A stretch of 64,000 bases of DNA, from contig OX597816.1 of assembly GCA_951406725.2 (NCBI GenBank), positions 94,798,001 through 94,862,000 on the forward strand, written 5' to 3'. Below are positions 1-13,792 of this stretch, one piece after another. The stretch's first letter is position 1. Each line of letters begins with the position of its first letter. Under the pieces are notes generated by a model that did no database searches, was not told the DNA's origin, and saw only the letters and a program-made list of their open reading frames with translations. This DNA is from Octopus vulgaris. Lineage: Eukaryota. Position numbers and translations under genes: made by a program.

Positions 1-1636
1 TATAAAAATATTTATAAATAGATATGACCAGTGTAACAAGAAATAGGGACTCTCTAAAAAGAGACACTATCTTACAAACAGGATATTGTTGATAACCTAT
101 TAGAGAAGAATTAATAAAAAATAATTCTTAAAGTAAACCAAGTATCACTAACAACAGATTTTATCAGTAATTCAAAATAAAAAATAATTATGAAATACTA
201 TTACCATTAAAATATAGATGAAAATAAATCCTTCAAGGAATGTATTGCTTTGAATGCAATTTTATTGTATACCAAGTTGTAAACAGATGTTTCTCAACAA
301 ATAACAAAGTAAAGTTCCTATATTTAAGCAAGCAAAACAGAAAAGGGACAAACCTTTACAGACATTCATCTCTACTCATAATAATATCAGAATTTAATCT
401 AAATATCTGAAGAAAGGAAACGGAATAAATTTGTTTCATGGGTCCTCCAAATATTGATGGCTGAGATAGTTGATATGATTTCTGATAAATTTATATTAGT
501 GTCGGTTAATATTTAAAAGAAATCTATGAAAGGAGTTATTACAAAGGGTGGTTCCAGAGAAAGGAGTGGATAAAAGTTAGAACGATAGAAGATAGGCTGA
601 TAAGATTTCTTAAGTGGGGATAATACATAACAAACACATTCAAAGGAAATATCAATGGCAGTATTTCTAGAAGGGTGATAGCAATGAGGAGCCACATTTG
701 TCCAGGGAAAGAAATGAAGGCATTTTTTGATTGGGTACTAAACTGAAATCAATTTCTTGTTAATATACTTATTTATAAATCTGTTTTATTTATAAGATAC
801 TTCCAAAACAATGAAAAAACTTACAAGCTCACATTACATGCTTATTTTCACTTGAGTTTTACTGTATATTCATTTTCTCTCAACCTCAATTTATATTACT
901 TTTTCCAAATGTTAGCATGTGGATAAATATTAAAAAATTTGCAAGAGAATAAGGCTTTCCTAATAGCTCTAGATTCACTATAAAATAGGATTGTAAGCTT
1001 TATTTAAATATCTTGTGAAGAAAAAAAAGAAAGAAAAAAGAAAACTAAGACAAGATTTCAATTAATTGTCAAATGACTGACTATATTGAATCTCAATGTT
1101 TTTTCAGTCAACATTTATCATGTCAATATATCATTTATCATGTCAATATATCAATTATGTACTTAACAAAGAAGGCCTTTAATTTAACATCTTTATCAAT
1201 GAAGAAAAGAATATTTAACTATAGCACATATGATATCAGATTTGATGCCACTGGCAGAAATTTAGACCTACATTGATTTCCATATAGAATAATCAGGATT
1301 TGTATGGGAACACTACAGTACTTATACTTAAAATACCATTACTAATTTTATTAATGCAACAATCCCTAAATATGATCATCTAATTCAATTATCTTAAAAA
1401 TGACTTCAATTTTTGATAGGAAATAATGTTGCTTTTTTATACTTAACTCATTTTATTAAATATAAGAAGAAAAGTAAAGCAGGTAATAAAATTAATTTTA
1501 CTGTTTTCAGAACACCTATCTATCTCATGCTAACATGGAAAAAATGGATGTGAAATATATTTTGAAAAAAACAACTGAATATTGTTAAAAAGATATGAAA
1601 AATGTGTCTCATGTTATAAATAGAAATGCCCCTTAC

Positions 1637-1743
1637 CTTGCTATTAGCTAGAAGAAACCCAATACCATCCATGCACACCTGGAGTAGCCCTCCTTGTCCA
1701 GACCTGAGATCTTGTACAGGAAATTCACCACCAATGTCAGGTC
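1637..1743 (-). CDS. MADD: MADD exon (last in window): [36 protein letters not shown]
   Basis: Matches MADD [23 protein letters not shown]. Phase 1->0. The gene continues left of the window. Confidence 0.98.
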
Positions 1744-2596
1744 CTGAAATTTAATGAAATGATTTTCTAGTTTATGGATATTAGTCTATTTTTTTTTTCC
1801 TATGTTCAAACTGAAAAAAAAAAAAAAAAATCTGTTGTTCAATTCCATTTGCTTGCAATTTTCATATAACTTTGTTTTAAACCACAGGAGCTTTGTCAGT
1901 GTAAATTTTGTGAACCAATGTTATAAGAATTTGTAGCAGCTATATTTCAGTAGCTGGAAGATAAGGTAATGAGTTCTTGAAGAATCTTTGGTCAAAAATG
2001 AAAATTAGTTGAATTGATTCTCATATCAAGCTGCTAAAGCTCCTATGGGTTATCAACAGGGTCTATTTTCACAGTTCCAATTAAACAGCACAACCCATGC
2101 CAGCATAGAGAATGGACATTAGAAGATTATGATGATAACAGTATGTAAATCAATCAATCATTATCGTCATCATTTAACCTCTGTTTTCCATGCTGGCATG
2201 GGTTGGATGGTTTGACTGAAAACTAGTAAGCTGGGGAGCTGCACTGGGATTCCAATCTGATTTGGCATGATTTCTACAGCTGGATGCCCTTCCTAATGCC
2301 AAAGTACATATTTATTCATAAGCATATAAAAGTAGTGTTGGGAGAAAAAATATATATATAATATCTGTCTCATAACAGCAAATTTATTTTATCAAATAAA
2401 CATTTAAAATTGTTATGTTATGGAGTATATTCAGTGCATTTATATTGATATCAGCACTAGCGAGGTGACCATGTAAATTGTAAGGCAAAGATACATCCAC
2501 CTTCTCCACCACCTTACTATCACCATGCTGGCTCAACAGAAACCAAGTTGTGCTCCACATCACGTTTTTACATGTATTTTGCACTTACAATTTATA

Positions 2597-3897
2597 TTGG
2601 CTTTGCAAGAAAGTAATTTTGTTTTTTGCAAATAGATAGAGTTACAATATTATTTAATGACTTTTGTCAATGTTATGACTTTTTCCCTTTTAACATTTTA
2701 GAAGAAAATTGCACGTAAATAAATACAATATTTTTTAATGACTTTTGTCAATGTTATGACTTTTTCCCTTTTAACATTTTAGAAGAAAATTGCACGTAAT
2801 TTTATTTACAGTTGTTAGTTCAGTGTCAATTTTCACATGGAGTGCAAAAACGAACATTTTTGCCATATTTTGCTTTTTTATTTCCATAAAGGCAAAAAGC
2901 TGCTGAGTTTATGGTGTTAATTGCTTAACAGAACGCACATGTCAGAAATGGTTTAAAAAATTCTGTTCTGGAGATTTTTCACTCAAAGATGACCAACGTT
3001 TTGGTCGATCTATTGAAGTTGATAATGACTGAACCAAAGCCATAATGGAATCTGATTGTCATATAACTGTGCCAGAAATTGCAGAGAGGTTAAATGTATC
3101 ACACACAATAACTGAAAATCACTTAAAATGTTTTGGACTCATTAAGAAGCTTGATATTTAGGTCCCACATAAATTGGAAGAGACTCACTAAACACAATCA
3201 ATATTTGTGATATGCAATGAAATTGACATTTTTTTAAAATGAATCATCACTGGTGATGAAAAATGGATTGTCTATAATAACATCAATCGGAAATGATCAT
3301 GATCGAAGTATAATGAACCAGCACAAACCATATTGAAAGCTGAATTGCATCAAAAAAAGGTCATGCTGTCAATTTGGTGCGATTACAAAGGTGTTGTGTA
3401 TTTTGAACTGCTTCCAAGGAACCAAACAATTCAGATGTTTACTGTTAACAACTAATGAAACCGGAAGAAGCAATCAAAGAAAAACGGCCAGAATTGGCAA
3501 ATCGTAAAGGAACCGTGTTCTACCATGACAATGCTAGACCACACACATCTTTGCTAACTTGTGAAAAATTATTGGAGCTTGGTTGGGAAGTGATGTCACA
3601 TCAACCATATGAGCCTGACCCTGCATCATCAGATTACCATTTATTTCAAAGTTTGCAAAATACTTTCAATGGTGAAACTTTCAATAATGATGATGACTTG
3701 AAATTGCACTTGCTTCAGTTTTTGGCTGATAAGAACCAGAAGTTCTATGAGCGCAGATTCATGAAGTTGTCAGAAAATAGCAAAAGGTCATCAAACAAAA
3801 TGGAAAATACCTAATTGATTAAAGTTCATCCTTTGTATGAAAACAAATGACTTTTATTTTACACTAAGAAACCGAAATTACTTTCTTGCCAACCCAA
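2597..3897 (+). mobile_element. Near full-length, inactivated mariner transposon (Hsmar1/cecropia-like TIRs)
   Basis: Imperfect TIRs TTGG..GCAAGAAAGTAATT at both ends with TA TSDs. Transposase motifs VPH.L, ITGDEKW, HDNARPHT, Y.PD.A.SDYHLF, with stops and frameshifts. Confidence 0.92.
2645..2799 (+). repeat. Two-copy tandem duplication (81-bp period) in the mariner 5' region
   Basis: caata..tttaatgacttttgtcaatg...gcacgtaa at 2645 and 2726. Confidence 0.9.
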
Positions 3898-5268
3898 TAT
3901 TATATTGCGCACAACTCATCTTCTGTTTATAACTGAGAGAATACTCTTATACGGATTTCGTTTAATTACATAACTGATCAACAATGACATGTAATTACAT
4001 ATATGTGTGTGATCTTGGATTTATGTACATGTGGGTACACACAGGGATACAAAGGTTTCAATGGACTACTACAGTACAGGCCTTGTACATATATCACACA
4101 TGCAAGTAATGTACATACAGTTCAATACAATTGTAACAATCAAAGATATTCTACTCACTTTACCAACACATTTGTGTATACTTTGCCAATACATGTGTAT
4201 ATTTTTAATGCCTATTGGATAACTTGTACCACTTATGATAGACATTTGATATTAGCAGCAACAAACAGGACATCATCATTATTTTATGGTCGTTTTCCTA
4301 TAATAGCCATGGGTTGGAGGGTCTGACAGGATCTAATGAGCCACAGGATAGTGTTAAGCTCTAGTGTCAGTTTTGGCATGGTTGCTATTGTTAGATGCCC
4401 TTCCTATCACCAACCACTTTACAGTGGTTTCTGGGTGATGTTTTTGTGCCAATGACTCTAGTGAGATTGCCAAGTAACTTGTAAGACAATAAATGGATAG
4501 GAAAAAGCCACCTTGATTGATTGGAGGAGTGTATTTGAGAGGAGGGGTGGTGGCTTTAAGCAGGTGTTAAGAGGTTAAAATATGATAATGGGACAAGCAC
4601 AAGTGTTTTACTATAGAGGAGATATATAGCTACCCTGCACTATATAAAGGTGGGCTAGAGTAGTTGGAAAGAAGGTGAAGATAGTAGTGATGAGATACCA
4701 GAGCAAACTTTCAAGCTACAAGAAGGTGAGAGAATATGAACAGTGGATTGAGGGGTTGGGGAGAAGTTGGGTAATTTCATAAGAGTGTGAGAGGAAAGTA
4801 ACAGATGGTTAGAGATGGGGGAAAGAAGTGAATATATTGAGTGTCTTCATGCAATCTTTTAGGCTCTGAGCACATGGCTTGGTGGTTACATGCTATTCAA
4901 CTGACAAATGGGGCCCTAACAGATGCTACAATTCCAGATCAGTAGACCTGGCAACAATAATGGCTAAGAGGTAGTTCAATGCTCCTCAAAACTCTGGAAC
5001 TCCCAAACTAGAGTCCCACTACCAGATGCAAGGGCTTATAAGGTTATATCACAACTAAAATATTGTATTTTTTGCCAACATTTTGAGGAGCTTAGCTGTT
5101 GTCTCATTTGAAACCTGTGCATAAAAGAGCATAAAAATACCAATAGTGTTTGCTACATTTCTCATTAAACACATACACACTTTTTTGTAGCATTATTTTT
5201 GAAAATTAGAAAAAGATGAATAAGTAGAATTTATTAAACTGAACATCTTTAACGTGAGTTGAACCTAC

Positions 5269-5341
5269 CTGGAACTTTACCATTATTTCGAGCGGCAGCC
5301 TTGTCCATAGTTTCTTTTACACAAAAATACAGTTCCCGGCA
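5269..5341 (-). CDS. MADD: MADD exon: CRELYFCVKETMDKAAARNNGKVP
   Basis: Matches MADD CRELYYCVKDSMERAAAR. Phase 0->1. Confidence 0.97.
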
Positions 5342-6322
5342 CTGATATTAGAAAACAACTATATAAGTATTTTTAAATCACAGCTGAATATTGTGGAATA
5401 TATTTACATTATATTCATAGGGTAATATAACAATTATACCAAATATTTTGCACAACCAGTGTAGATGCTGAAATGTTTTAATTAATTTGACATATCTGAA
5501 AATGTGTCTCATTACTGCTAGATGTTTGAAACAAAACATGTAGCAGTAAAATGTGATAGAAATAGAGATCAAAATATATTAAAGTAGTTTTTTCATGAGT
5601 TTCAATGTATAATATCTGTATCTCCGTAGAAACATAAAAAAATCTCAGTAGGTTTTTGTATTTATTTTTATTTTTCTCATAATTTCTTTATTGTAGAAGT
5701 AAGAAGTTGTAATATTCATAACTCTCCAAAAGCATTTGTGGTTTAAGTGAACTGCATCTCTTGAAAATTGAAACCAGTCAATGTCAATTCTTAAGGAGTT
5801 TACCTTTTGTTCTACAGCCATATCTATGATATAAATATTGTGATTTCTTCTTATATCTTTTCACTACCATATTGGGGATTCTTTACATAGACATGAAGTC
5901 ACTACTTTGTAGTGTAGTTGATGCAGCCAACTCCAATATATCACTGATCCTTATTTTATTGACTTTAGAAAGACAAAGTCAACCTTGAAAAATTTAAACT
6001 TAGATGAAACTATGAATACTCTGGTGCTGTTATGTATCTATCAATCCACTGCATTGATAATAGTTTCTAAGGGGCCAGAAAATTTGAAGAAGTGATGAAG
6101 ATGATCTCCTGCCCACTATTTGACTGGTAAATAAGAGTTACAATTCTTTCTGCTCTAATGCCTAAGAAAAATAATACAGTATGTCATCTATTTTATTAAT
6201 TTTATGAGTTGAATTATAGTTAAAGAGTTTTTTTTCCATCAAGTGCTTTTAATCAATCCTTATATTTGTTACATTTGTGGTATATATAAAAATAAAGAAA
6301 ACTATTTACTGTTAAGTCTTAC

Positions 6323-6487
6323 CTTTTTAGTATAGAACTGATTAAGATGTACGCGTTCACCATATTTTCGCCAGAGACATAAAACTTTGGTTTTTGGGCA
6401 ATAAGTCATGTTGACCAGCTTCTCATACCACCATCGATCACATATTGCTCCTGTAACACTGCGTAGGATAATGCAGTCATCGCATAC
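6323..6487 (-). CDS. MADD: MADD exon: [55 protein letters not shown]
   Basis: Diagnostic [22 protein letters not shown] motif. Phase 0->0. Confidence 0.99.
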
Positions 6488-7644
6488 CTATAATAGAACA
6501 TGAGACATTTAACTGAATTAAATAGTTTACATAGCTAACATTTCAAACAACAAATCAAAGTAAATTTATGGCAGATTGAATTAAAAAGTTTAATAACAAG
6601 AAATAAAATAAAATATATAATTTCTATCAGAAACAAGTCTGGATACCTTTCTGCTCTTAGACATTAAGTAATATTGTAGAAGATACAGATTGTATTGAAT
6701 CCTTATTGCAGTTTTTCTAGCTTCCTTATACTGATTTTTAAGTATTTTTAAGGGATGAAGTGGTGCGAGCTAATATGAAAGATGCTGCATTTCACAGAGG
6801 AGATGACAAAATAGCACATGGATTGGTGATACATGGTGCCACAGAAGACTCTTCCACCATCAGTAACATTTACTCTAGTTCAAAGGTAGTATCTAAAGGC
6901 TGCAATATTTGTACCCTGTCAAGTCTATATTTACTTCCCCCATCTACTTATTACTGAAGCCCCTTCTTAAGCCATTTCCTTATCACTCATAACCTTCTGC
7001 CTCTCTCTCATCTTCCCAATAGCTGTTATTACTGCATCATCCTCATTACTTTGTGCACTTGCCTTTCAGTAGACCTATCTACAGGAGATTGTATAGGTCA
7101 CTGTTTCTTCCCTACCATCCAATGCACTCCAACTTCATCATGTTCTATTGCCAGCTAGCACTCTCTATTCTCTGGCCAACCACTATTGCATCTCTCACAT
7201 ACTCTCAGTTTTATCTCATCAGCATCTCTACTTTAATCGGTCTCAGTTATTGCCTGCCCTGCTTCCACATGCTGTAACCTTATCTTATTTCCCATCTCTA
7301 CCTGTTAATTACTACTCCCTCAATCACCTCTGCATATCCCTGCCTTCTTCCTATCATAATCTTATTTTTTCCACTCCTATCAGTTCTGTTGTCACTGTTC
7401 TTTCTCTCCAGTCATTTTTTCCAGTTACTTGTACAGAGTAGGTCTTCATTTATTGAATACTCTCTATACCTACATTTATTCTCCTATCCTTACTTATACC
7501 CATTTCTGACATTATTGTCCTCCTTTCCAAATTCACATTAACTGTGAACAAAGCCCCTCCACCACCTATGGTTCACACTGTTAAGTAGCTGCTTTCTATC
7601 TGGTGTTTCAATGGGACTCCACATAATGGTTACAGCACAACATA

Positions 7645-8072
7645 CAGGTCGTCCATCGACTTACAACCTATCCGGCTTACAACTGATCAAAGTACCAGCT
7701 CCCAGCAGCAATAATAAATAGTCCAGTTGAAATCTAATGGGTTTAATTTCTCAGAAATTAAGCTGTCTATGGATGATGTCAGCTAACAAACACTTCCCCT
7801 AGGTTTGGTTATTGATCACCACTGTTTTGGATGACTATCCTGTCACGGAGACATTGAGGCAACCTTGAATTCGTTTATAAGACAATTGCTTGAGACTCTG
7901 AAATTTTTGACTAATGCCAGTATAATAGTATAATGCAGAATGCTGTGTGTGAGTTTTACCTGAAAATGTACCTTAAGAATGTAAAAATATAAAACAAAGC
8001 TATGTAGGCCTATAGGCTGACTTACAACCAGTCAGTTGGAACCAATTGTGGTTGTAAGTCAACGACGACCTG
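7645..8072. mobile_element. pogo/Tigger-like non-autonomous DNA transposon (MITE)
   Basis: TIRs CAGGTCGTC..TCGACTTACAACC and GGTTGTAAGTCAACGACGACCTG with TA on both sides. Internal CTTACAAC repeats. Confidence 0.8.
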
Positions 8073-8349
8073 TACTACTTAAAACCTTACCCAACTTAAA
8101 ACAAAGAAAGAAGTAGATCACATAAGGAATTTAAAAATTAATAAAATACTCTGAAGATTTATGAGAAATCTTTTGTCTTTTGTGCTATTCAAATTTCAAG
8201 ATGGCATTTTTCTTGTAGTTATTAAATTTATTGTGTTCATCAAAATTTGCTGGAAAAATTGAATGGAAGATAATTGACATTATTATATCACTGTATTTCA
8301 TTGAAACAAAGCCAGATCATAATGTGTTTCTATATCATATATGGCTTAC

Positions 8350-8457
8350 CTCCATAAACAACATATCCCCTGTATTGTCACTGCCCCAATGTACAGTGAA
8401 TGACTGTTTCTGCATGAGTCTGCTGCCCATGGGTTTCAGATCAATATCATTGCCATT
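8350..8457 (-). CDS. MADD: MADD exon: [36 protein letters not shown]
   Basis: ttccag acceptor and gtaagc donor, phase 0->0, conserved MADD C-terminal region. Confidence 0.97.
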
Positions 8458-8799
8458 CTGGAATTAAAATAGAAAAGTTAATTTTATAACCGTGAAATGT
8501 TTAAATTATATTTGAAATTTACAACAAAATTATGAAGTCATGAATAACTGATGCCACATGAAGCGAAAAATTCAAATCCTCTACTTTCTGAATAGCTCTT
8601 AATCTATATATACCTGGATGACACAACAGCTATTGTTTCAAATTTAAATATTCACAAGTATTAGTTCTCATCATAACCAAGATTGTCACCTCTCTTTCTA
8701 CAATGCATGTTAATACAGTTAAACTTTTTCTGATTTTAGAAACCAAGCAAGCTTTTTATTCTTAATCTTACACTCTCAATCACTTCTTTCTCCCTTTTG

Positions 8800-9950
8800 A
8801 CAACTTATTAATGGTATCTGATGAACTGTTAGAATCTGAAAATAATACTTCAAGGAGATATCCTTTTCCCTCCTTTATTTATAAATGGCATTTTTCAGTA
8901 ACATTGCAAGATTTTGAGAAGCACATTTCAGATAAAAGATTTTGATCTTGGTTGCAGGAAGCTCTTTAAATGTGTCTAAAATGAAGACATCCCAGTTAAG
9001 CTGCCCATCTTAGCTAGGATGTCCTCATGTGGACTCTGTCCACCTCTCATCTTTTAGAGAGAAAATTTCCTGTTAGACTATTCTATTACAACTTCTGTTA
9101 ATGGGTTTACCTTTGGTTTACATTCTATCGACTCTGGTGTACCTCAAGATTCAGGGTGTCACTTTTTCTGACATATATTGACCAATTTGCTGTTACTTTT
9201 AATGGCATACTCCATTGCATATGACTACACTCTACATACAAAGAAATAAATCATGCCTAATCTGCATGACATTTATAAACAAATTCAAAAAGCATACTTC
9301 AATGGGGACATGGTAACCTAGTCTTGTTTATGAGTATAAAAACACAAATCTAAAAAAAAACAAGTAAAGTTTTGTGCACTACCCTACACAAGCACGTAGA
9401 CAAAACACAAGAAAAGTTCTCAAATAGGAACAGATGCTTAGCTTTATAATCCCTGGTGATCTTCTGTATTTAAAATTAAGACTATATCACAAACAAGGCT
9501 TCTGCAAAACTAAAATCACTTATCACTGATCAGTTGCTGACCCTCTATAAGGTTTAAGTATGACCTACATTAGAGTACTGCTTAAATACCTGGGATAGTG
9601 CTATTGCTGCACATATACAAACATCCTACATCACATTCAAAATATGATGATTCAGCCACTTGGTAAAGATTCACTCACCAAAAACCTACAAACACTGTTT
9701 CACAGACACAGCATTCCTTTTCTCAACCTTTCTTCTGCTTTTTCATTGGTTTTAGTCTTTTGAAAGAGCTAGATGCATATCACCTATACACTGCCTCACC
9801 AAATCCAACTGCCTCGCTTCTCTTCATAATAGTTATCTCAAGTTCTCAAGCTCAAGTACCATGTCTCACTCCTCAGATTCTGTACCAAACATTGCCCAAT
9901 GGTTCCTTTCAATCCTTTGCAATTTCTGTATTTTTCTGACAGGTACTGAT
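8800..9950 (+). mobile_element. Highly decayed CR1/L2/Jockey-type LINE RT fragment
   Basis: Remnants of SGVPQ.S and LTLYK...PTLEYC...WD motifs. Boundaries approximate. Confidence 0.5.
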
Positions 9951-10882
9951 AATATTCAAACTGAACATTAGTAACATTGATTTTACTAGAGTAGGAGAGC
10001 TTAAAAGAGTAAAGTTCTTTCTTCTCTGACTAAAAAAAAAAGGGATAACTAACTAGAGCTGTGGATATATGCAACTGTATTCTCCACCCCAACCAATATA
10101 GGAATTTTTTCTAACTACAGCACCGTAATTCTTCTCTTTGACATTATCATTACATAATTAAATTCCTTCAACCTTACCTATTTAAAACACCAGAAAACTA
10201 GATTATTTGAGATCTACTGATCTATGCAATACATATTTACTTTTAAGCTAAGAACTATGTTGAAATTATGGTTTCTTAATACAAGAGCATAGCCTTGGTC
10301 AACTCCTTTAAAAGAGTTTGGGAAAAGAACTAATCACCTGTTCTGAGCCTTTCTATTAAATCTACTCAAGCAGAGCTAAGATAGTCTGTTCAGCAACAAA
10401 AACAATAGTTCTTAGCATTTCGACATGTTTTGAATAGCATTATTTCAAATCTTAATCTTAACTCTTGCTCTAAATAGTTTTTGACCTTTCCTCTATCTTA
10501 AATATCCATTACTACATTGTACTGATCTCATATATGGTTTGATAACTTCTTTTGATTACTGGCACCCAAAATCATACTCATCAATTAATAAAATCCACTT
10601 TACTGAAAATATGTTGGACCATTGTTGATTTGTATTCTTTCTCTACTTCATCACAGTTAAAAAAATCAACCTTTCTGCTTTTCACTACCTACACTAGTTC
10701 TTCAAACCAATTGGTGAAACAAAGTTAGTTTTGAAGGAGACATTAAATAACCAACAATAAATACTTTTAAAATGAATGTTACTTTATGCAAAGTTATTAC
10801 TGTGAGAATATTCAGTTGACATCTTTTATTAGAGTTTATTACAGGGTAAAATGTGGAGAATTCCCAAATTTTGAAAACTTAC

Positions 10883-11099
10883 CAATTTATTAACTTCATC
10901 TAAAAGGTTATTGACATCTTGACTGTATTGGAGGCCAATGTGAGATTTACCAAGCAATCGTCTAATTTTTTTCTTGATTTCTGGTTTCTTTACATCCATC
11001 ATTACCATAAACCCAATATGATTATATAACATATCAGACAATAATTTATCTTCATCATGTTCTAAACGTTTTTTTTCTGAATCTCCAAGTGAATTGTAC
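10883..11099 (-). CDS. MADD: MADD exon (death-domain-like region): [20 protein letters not shown]...[27 protein letters not shown]
   Basis: Conserved KRLE.DED.LL and [13 protein letters not shown] motifs. Phase 2->0. Confidence 0.98.
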
Positions 11100-11976
11100 C
11101 TGAAGGAAAAAATGGTAACTTTAATATATTCAGTAAGGAAAAAAAAACTACATAAAAGAAAAAAACCTTATATAAAAGAATATGAATATAAAGGTATACT
11201 AAAATATAAAATAACAGCATAACAGAACTATCATAATTTCGCATCATTTAACAATAACCTTAATCTTGATTCAACTATGTTATTCAAGATCTCAATTGTT
11301 ACTTAGCAGTATCTTTCCTTGGGAATTATTCATTAATTTCTATCACATATTCATATCAGTGCCATTATATTCATATATCAACTAAAAGTTCAACAATTCT
11401 GCTATCTTGTGCCTGTGAACTTAACTGTACAATCCACTTGCAACCCACCAAGCAAAAATAATAGTGTGAGCAATCTAAACGTCATGGACCAGATAATGGT
11501 TCAGGAACTTGACTTATCTCACAGATGTTGATTGATATTAATGATGCAGTAGAATCAGGAATAAAAAGTGGCAGAAGCTCAAGAAATTGTTGTCTTTACA
11601 AATAATAAAAATGTTTCCTAACAACAGTCAGATGACAAACATTTGTCATGAATGTGAAGTATTATGGTAGTGAGGCATGAACATAAAGTACTGACTATCA
11701 ATGGAACTGAAGGGAATAAGTGAATTGAAGTCAGATACAGACATAACTGAGTGGTTGAATCAATAATGCTTTGCAATCTTCAGAAGTATTAACCACAACT
11801 GTCATATGAGGAAAACTCAGAGAGAAATAATCAAGAACTAATAATAGTTGAATTTAAAGGAAAAGATCATCAAAGAAGATAAAGAGAATTTGCTAGAGCC
11901 AAATGTCACATAAGTGATCTAGCCTAGAAGAGAAATAAAATGTGAATGGCAAGAGGAAGCAAAAGTAGCTACATAC

Positions 11977-12097
11977 CTTTCCATCATTTCACCTGGTCCT
12001 TGATCCATGCCAATAATATCTCTTTCCTGGGCAACCGCATCTAAAAACATATCCTCCCAAAATTGCATTGAATCCCATAAACGACTGCGTTCTTTAC
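11977..12097 (-). CDS. MADD: MADD exon: [41 protein letters not shown]
   Basis: Near-identical to MADD [29 protein letters not shown]. Phase 1->2. Confidence 0.98.
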
Positions 12098-12189
12098 CTA
12101 CAAGATATCAGAATAGAAAAGTGATAGACTTGTATTCCATAAATTCATCATTGTAATTAAGCATATATGTGCCAAGGGACGACAAACTT

Positions 12190-12700
12190 GTTATTGATAA
12201 CTACAATGCAAGGATTGGAATTAATCATAGCCTGATAGATTAAGAAAAGTGAATTTGAACAGTTTCCAATTGCTCTAATTTTGGCAAAGCAGGACTTGAT
12301 TATTCCCATACTTACACTTCATACCCATTGAGAAAGGAACCTAAATTTACATGAGATCTAAAAATTGGTACTTGACTTTGTACTTGTGTGCTCTCATGAT
12401 ATGCAATATGCATACAAAGTGTATGCACTGAATGTTGCAGAATGCTCAACAGTCTATCATATGGTTAGAGCAAAGTTTGAATTTGTTAGACATAAGTGTT
12501 TTGGAGATGGTAGGAGTCTGAATTCCATTGATGTACACCATCATAAAGTAGAAGTTGTGTATGAACTGAAGGTAAAATTGGACAGGCTGGAATTAAATAG
12601 TAGATGTAAGGGTTTTGAAGATAAGACTTCTGATGTCTATAGCAAATATATTAGGTTATAAGAAATAAAGAAACCAGGACTTGTTTGATAATAGCATTAA
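12190..12700 (-). mobile_element. Decayed Penelope-like RT fragment
   Basis: Degenerate N.F.F....Y...G..MG and FLD-like segments. Boundaries approximate. Confidence 0.35.
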
Positions 12701-12783
12701 TTTGAAGCAATACTCAAAGTAAAAAAAAAAAAAAAAAATCCACAATGTACATTGCTTGTTAAGCTCTTACAAGATAATCTTAC

Positions 12784-12940
12784 CAATTAAGCCTTCAAAA
12801 AGATATGTTTTCCCTGTCTCTGGACTAGGTAGTGGGGATGTATTAATCATCTTTCCATCATGATAACGAAATCCAGCACTTAAATTACTTTTAGTACTCC
12901 AGATACTTGATGATCGACTACGTCTGTGGTAGTTCACCAT
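12784..12940 (-). CDS. MADD: MADD exon: MVNYHRRSRSSSIWSTKSNLSAGFRYHDGK...KTYLFEGLI
   Basis: ttgcag acceptor and gtaaga donor, phase 0->1. YLFEGL matches MADD YLYEGLL. Confidence 0.95.
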
Positions 12941-13304
12941 CTGCAATAGCAGTATAAGCAATATCATCACACAATTAACAATAGAAACAAATGGAGAAAA
13001 GTAATACAATACATCAACCTAATTCAAGAGAGCATATATAGTCAGTAGATACAAAACCAAAGGAGATGATGTATATTCTAAATGATCTATCTTAAAAAAG
13101 TTACTGTATCATTCATTTAACATCTTGATTTTCTATAGCAGCATCATTTGTTTACTCTAAGAATTTGAAGAAATACTGAATATACAATAAAGCTAATCTA
13201 TAGTATTTAAATGCTTCTTCATTGGAGAAATTCTTTCCAATTAGAAAGGTTTTGCTTGGTAAAAATGAAACCAACATCTGTTGTGCAATAGAGTAATTTA
13301 ACTA

Positions 13305-13792
13305 TAGGCATAAGAGGCAATAGATGTCGTGTGCAAGAGAGACGAATGTGCTGGTATGGTCATGTGACACGTATGGTTGAAGACAGCTGTGTAAACAAGC
13401 GCCAATCCCTAACTGTGGAGGGAACCTGTGGTAGAAGTAGACCCAGGAAGACATGGGATGAGGTGGTGAAGCATAGTCTCCAAACTTTGGGCCTCACAGA
13501 GAAAATGATTAGTGACCTTTGGTGATATGCTGTGCTTGAGAAGAAGAACCATCAAACCAAGTAAAACCACAGTTGTGGCAGATACCGGTGTCATGCAAAT
13601 GGCACCTGTACCAGTGGTACGTAGAAGCATCCATTACACTCTTGGAGTGGCTGGCATTAGAAAGGGCATCCAGTCATAGAAACCATGCCAAAATAGACAG
13701 GAGTCTGGTGCAGCCTTCCAGCTTGCCAGCCCTGGTCAAACAGTCCAACCCATGCCAGTACAGACAACAGATGTTAAATGATGGTGATAATA
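13305..13792 (+). mobile_element. RTE-clade LINE 3' end with the common tail (GGCATCCAG..GTAGAAACC..CCAACCCATGCCAG)
   Basis: ORF remnant ERRMCWYGHV.RM...VEG.CGRSRPRKTWDEVVK followed by the (GAT)n-ended tail seen many times in the window. Confidence 0.8.

Noticed and set aside
1-700. Next MADD exon (expected VFIEL..I..C) or a Penelope RT remnant
   Set aside because: No matching exon with splice sites was found. FRYLD-like remnants are too decayed and not in a convincing order.
3455-3814. SETMAR-like protein gene
   Set aside because: Only a fragment of a disrupted mariner transposase between TIRs, with no SET domain.
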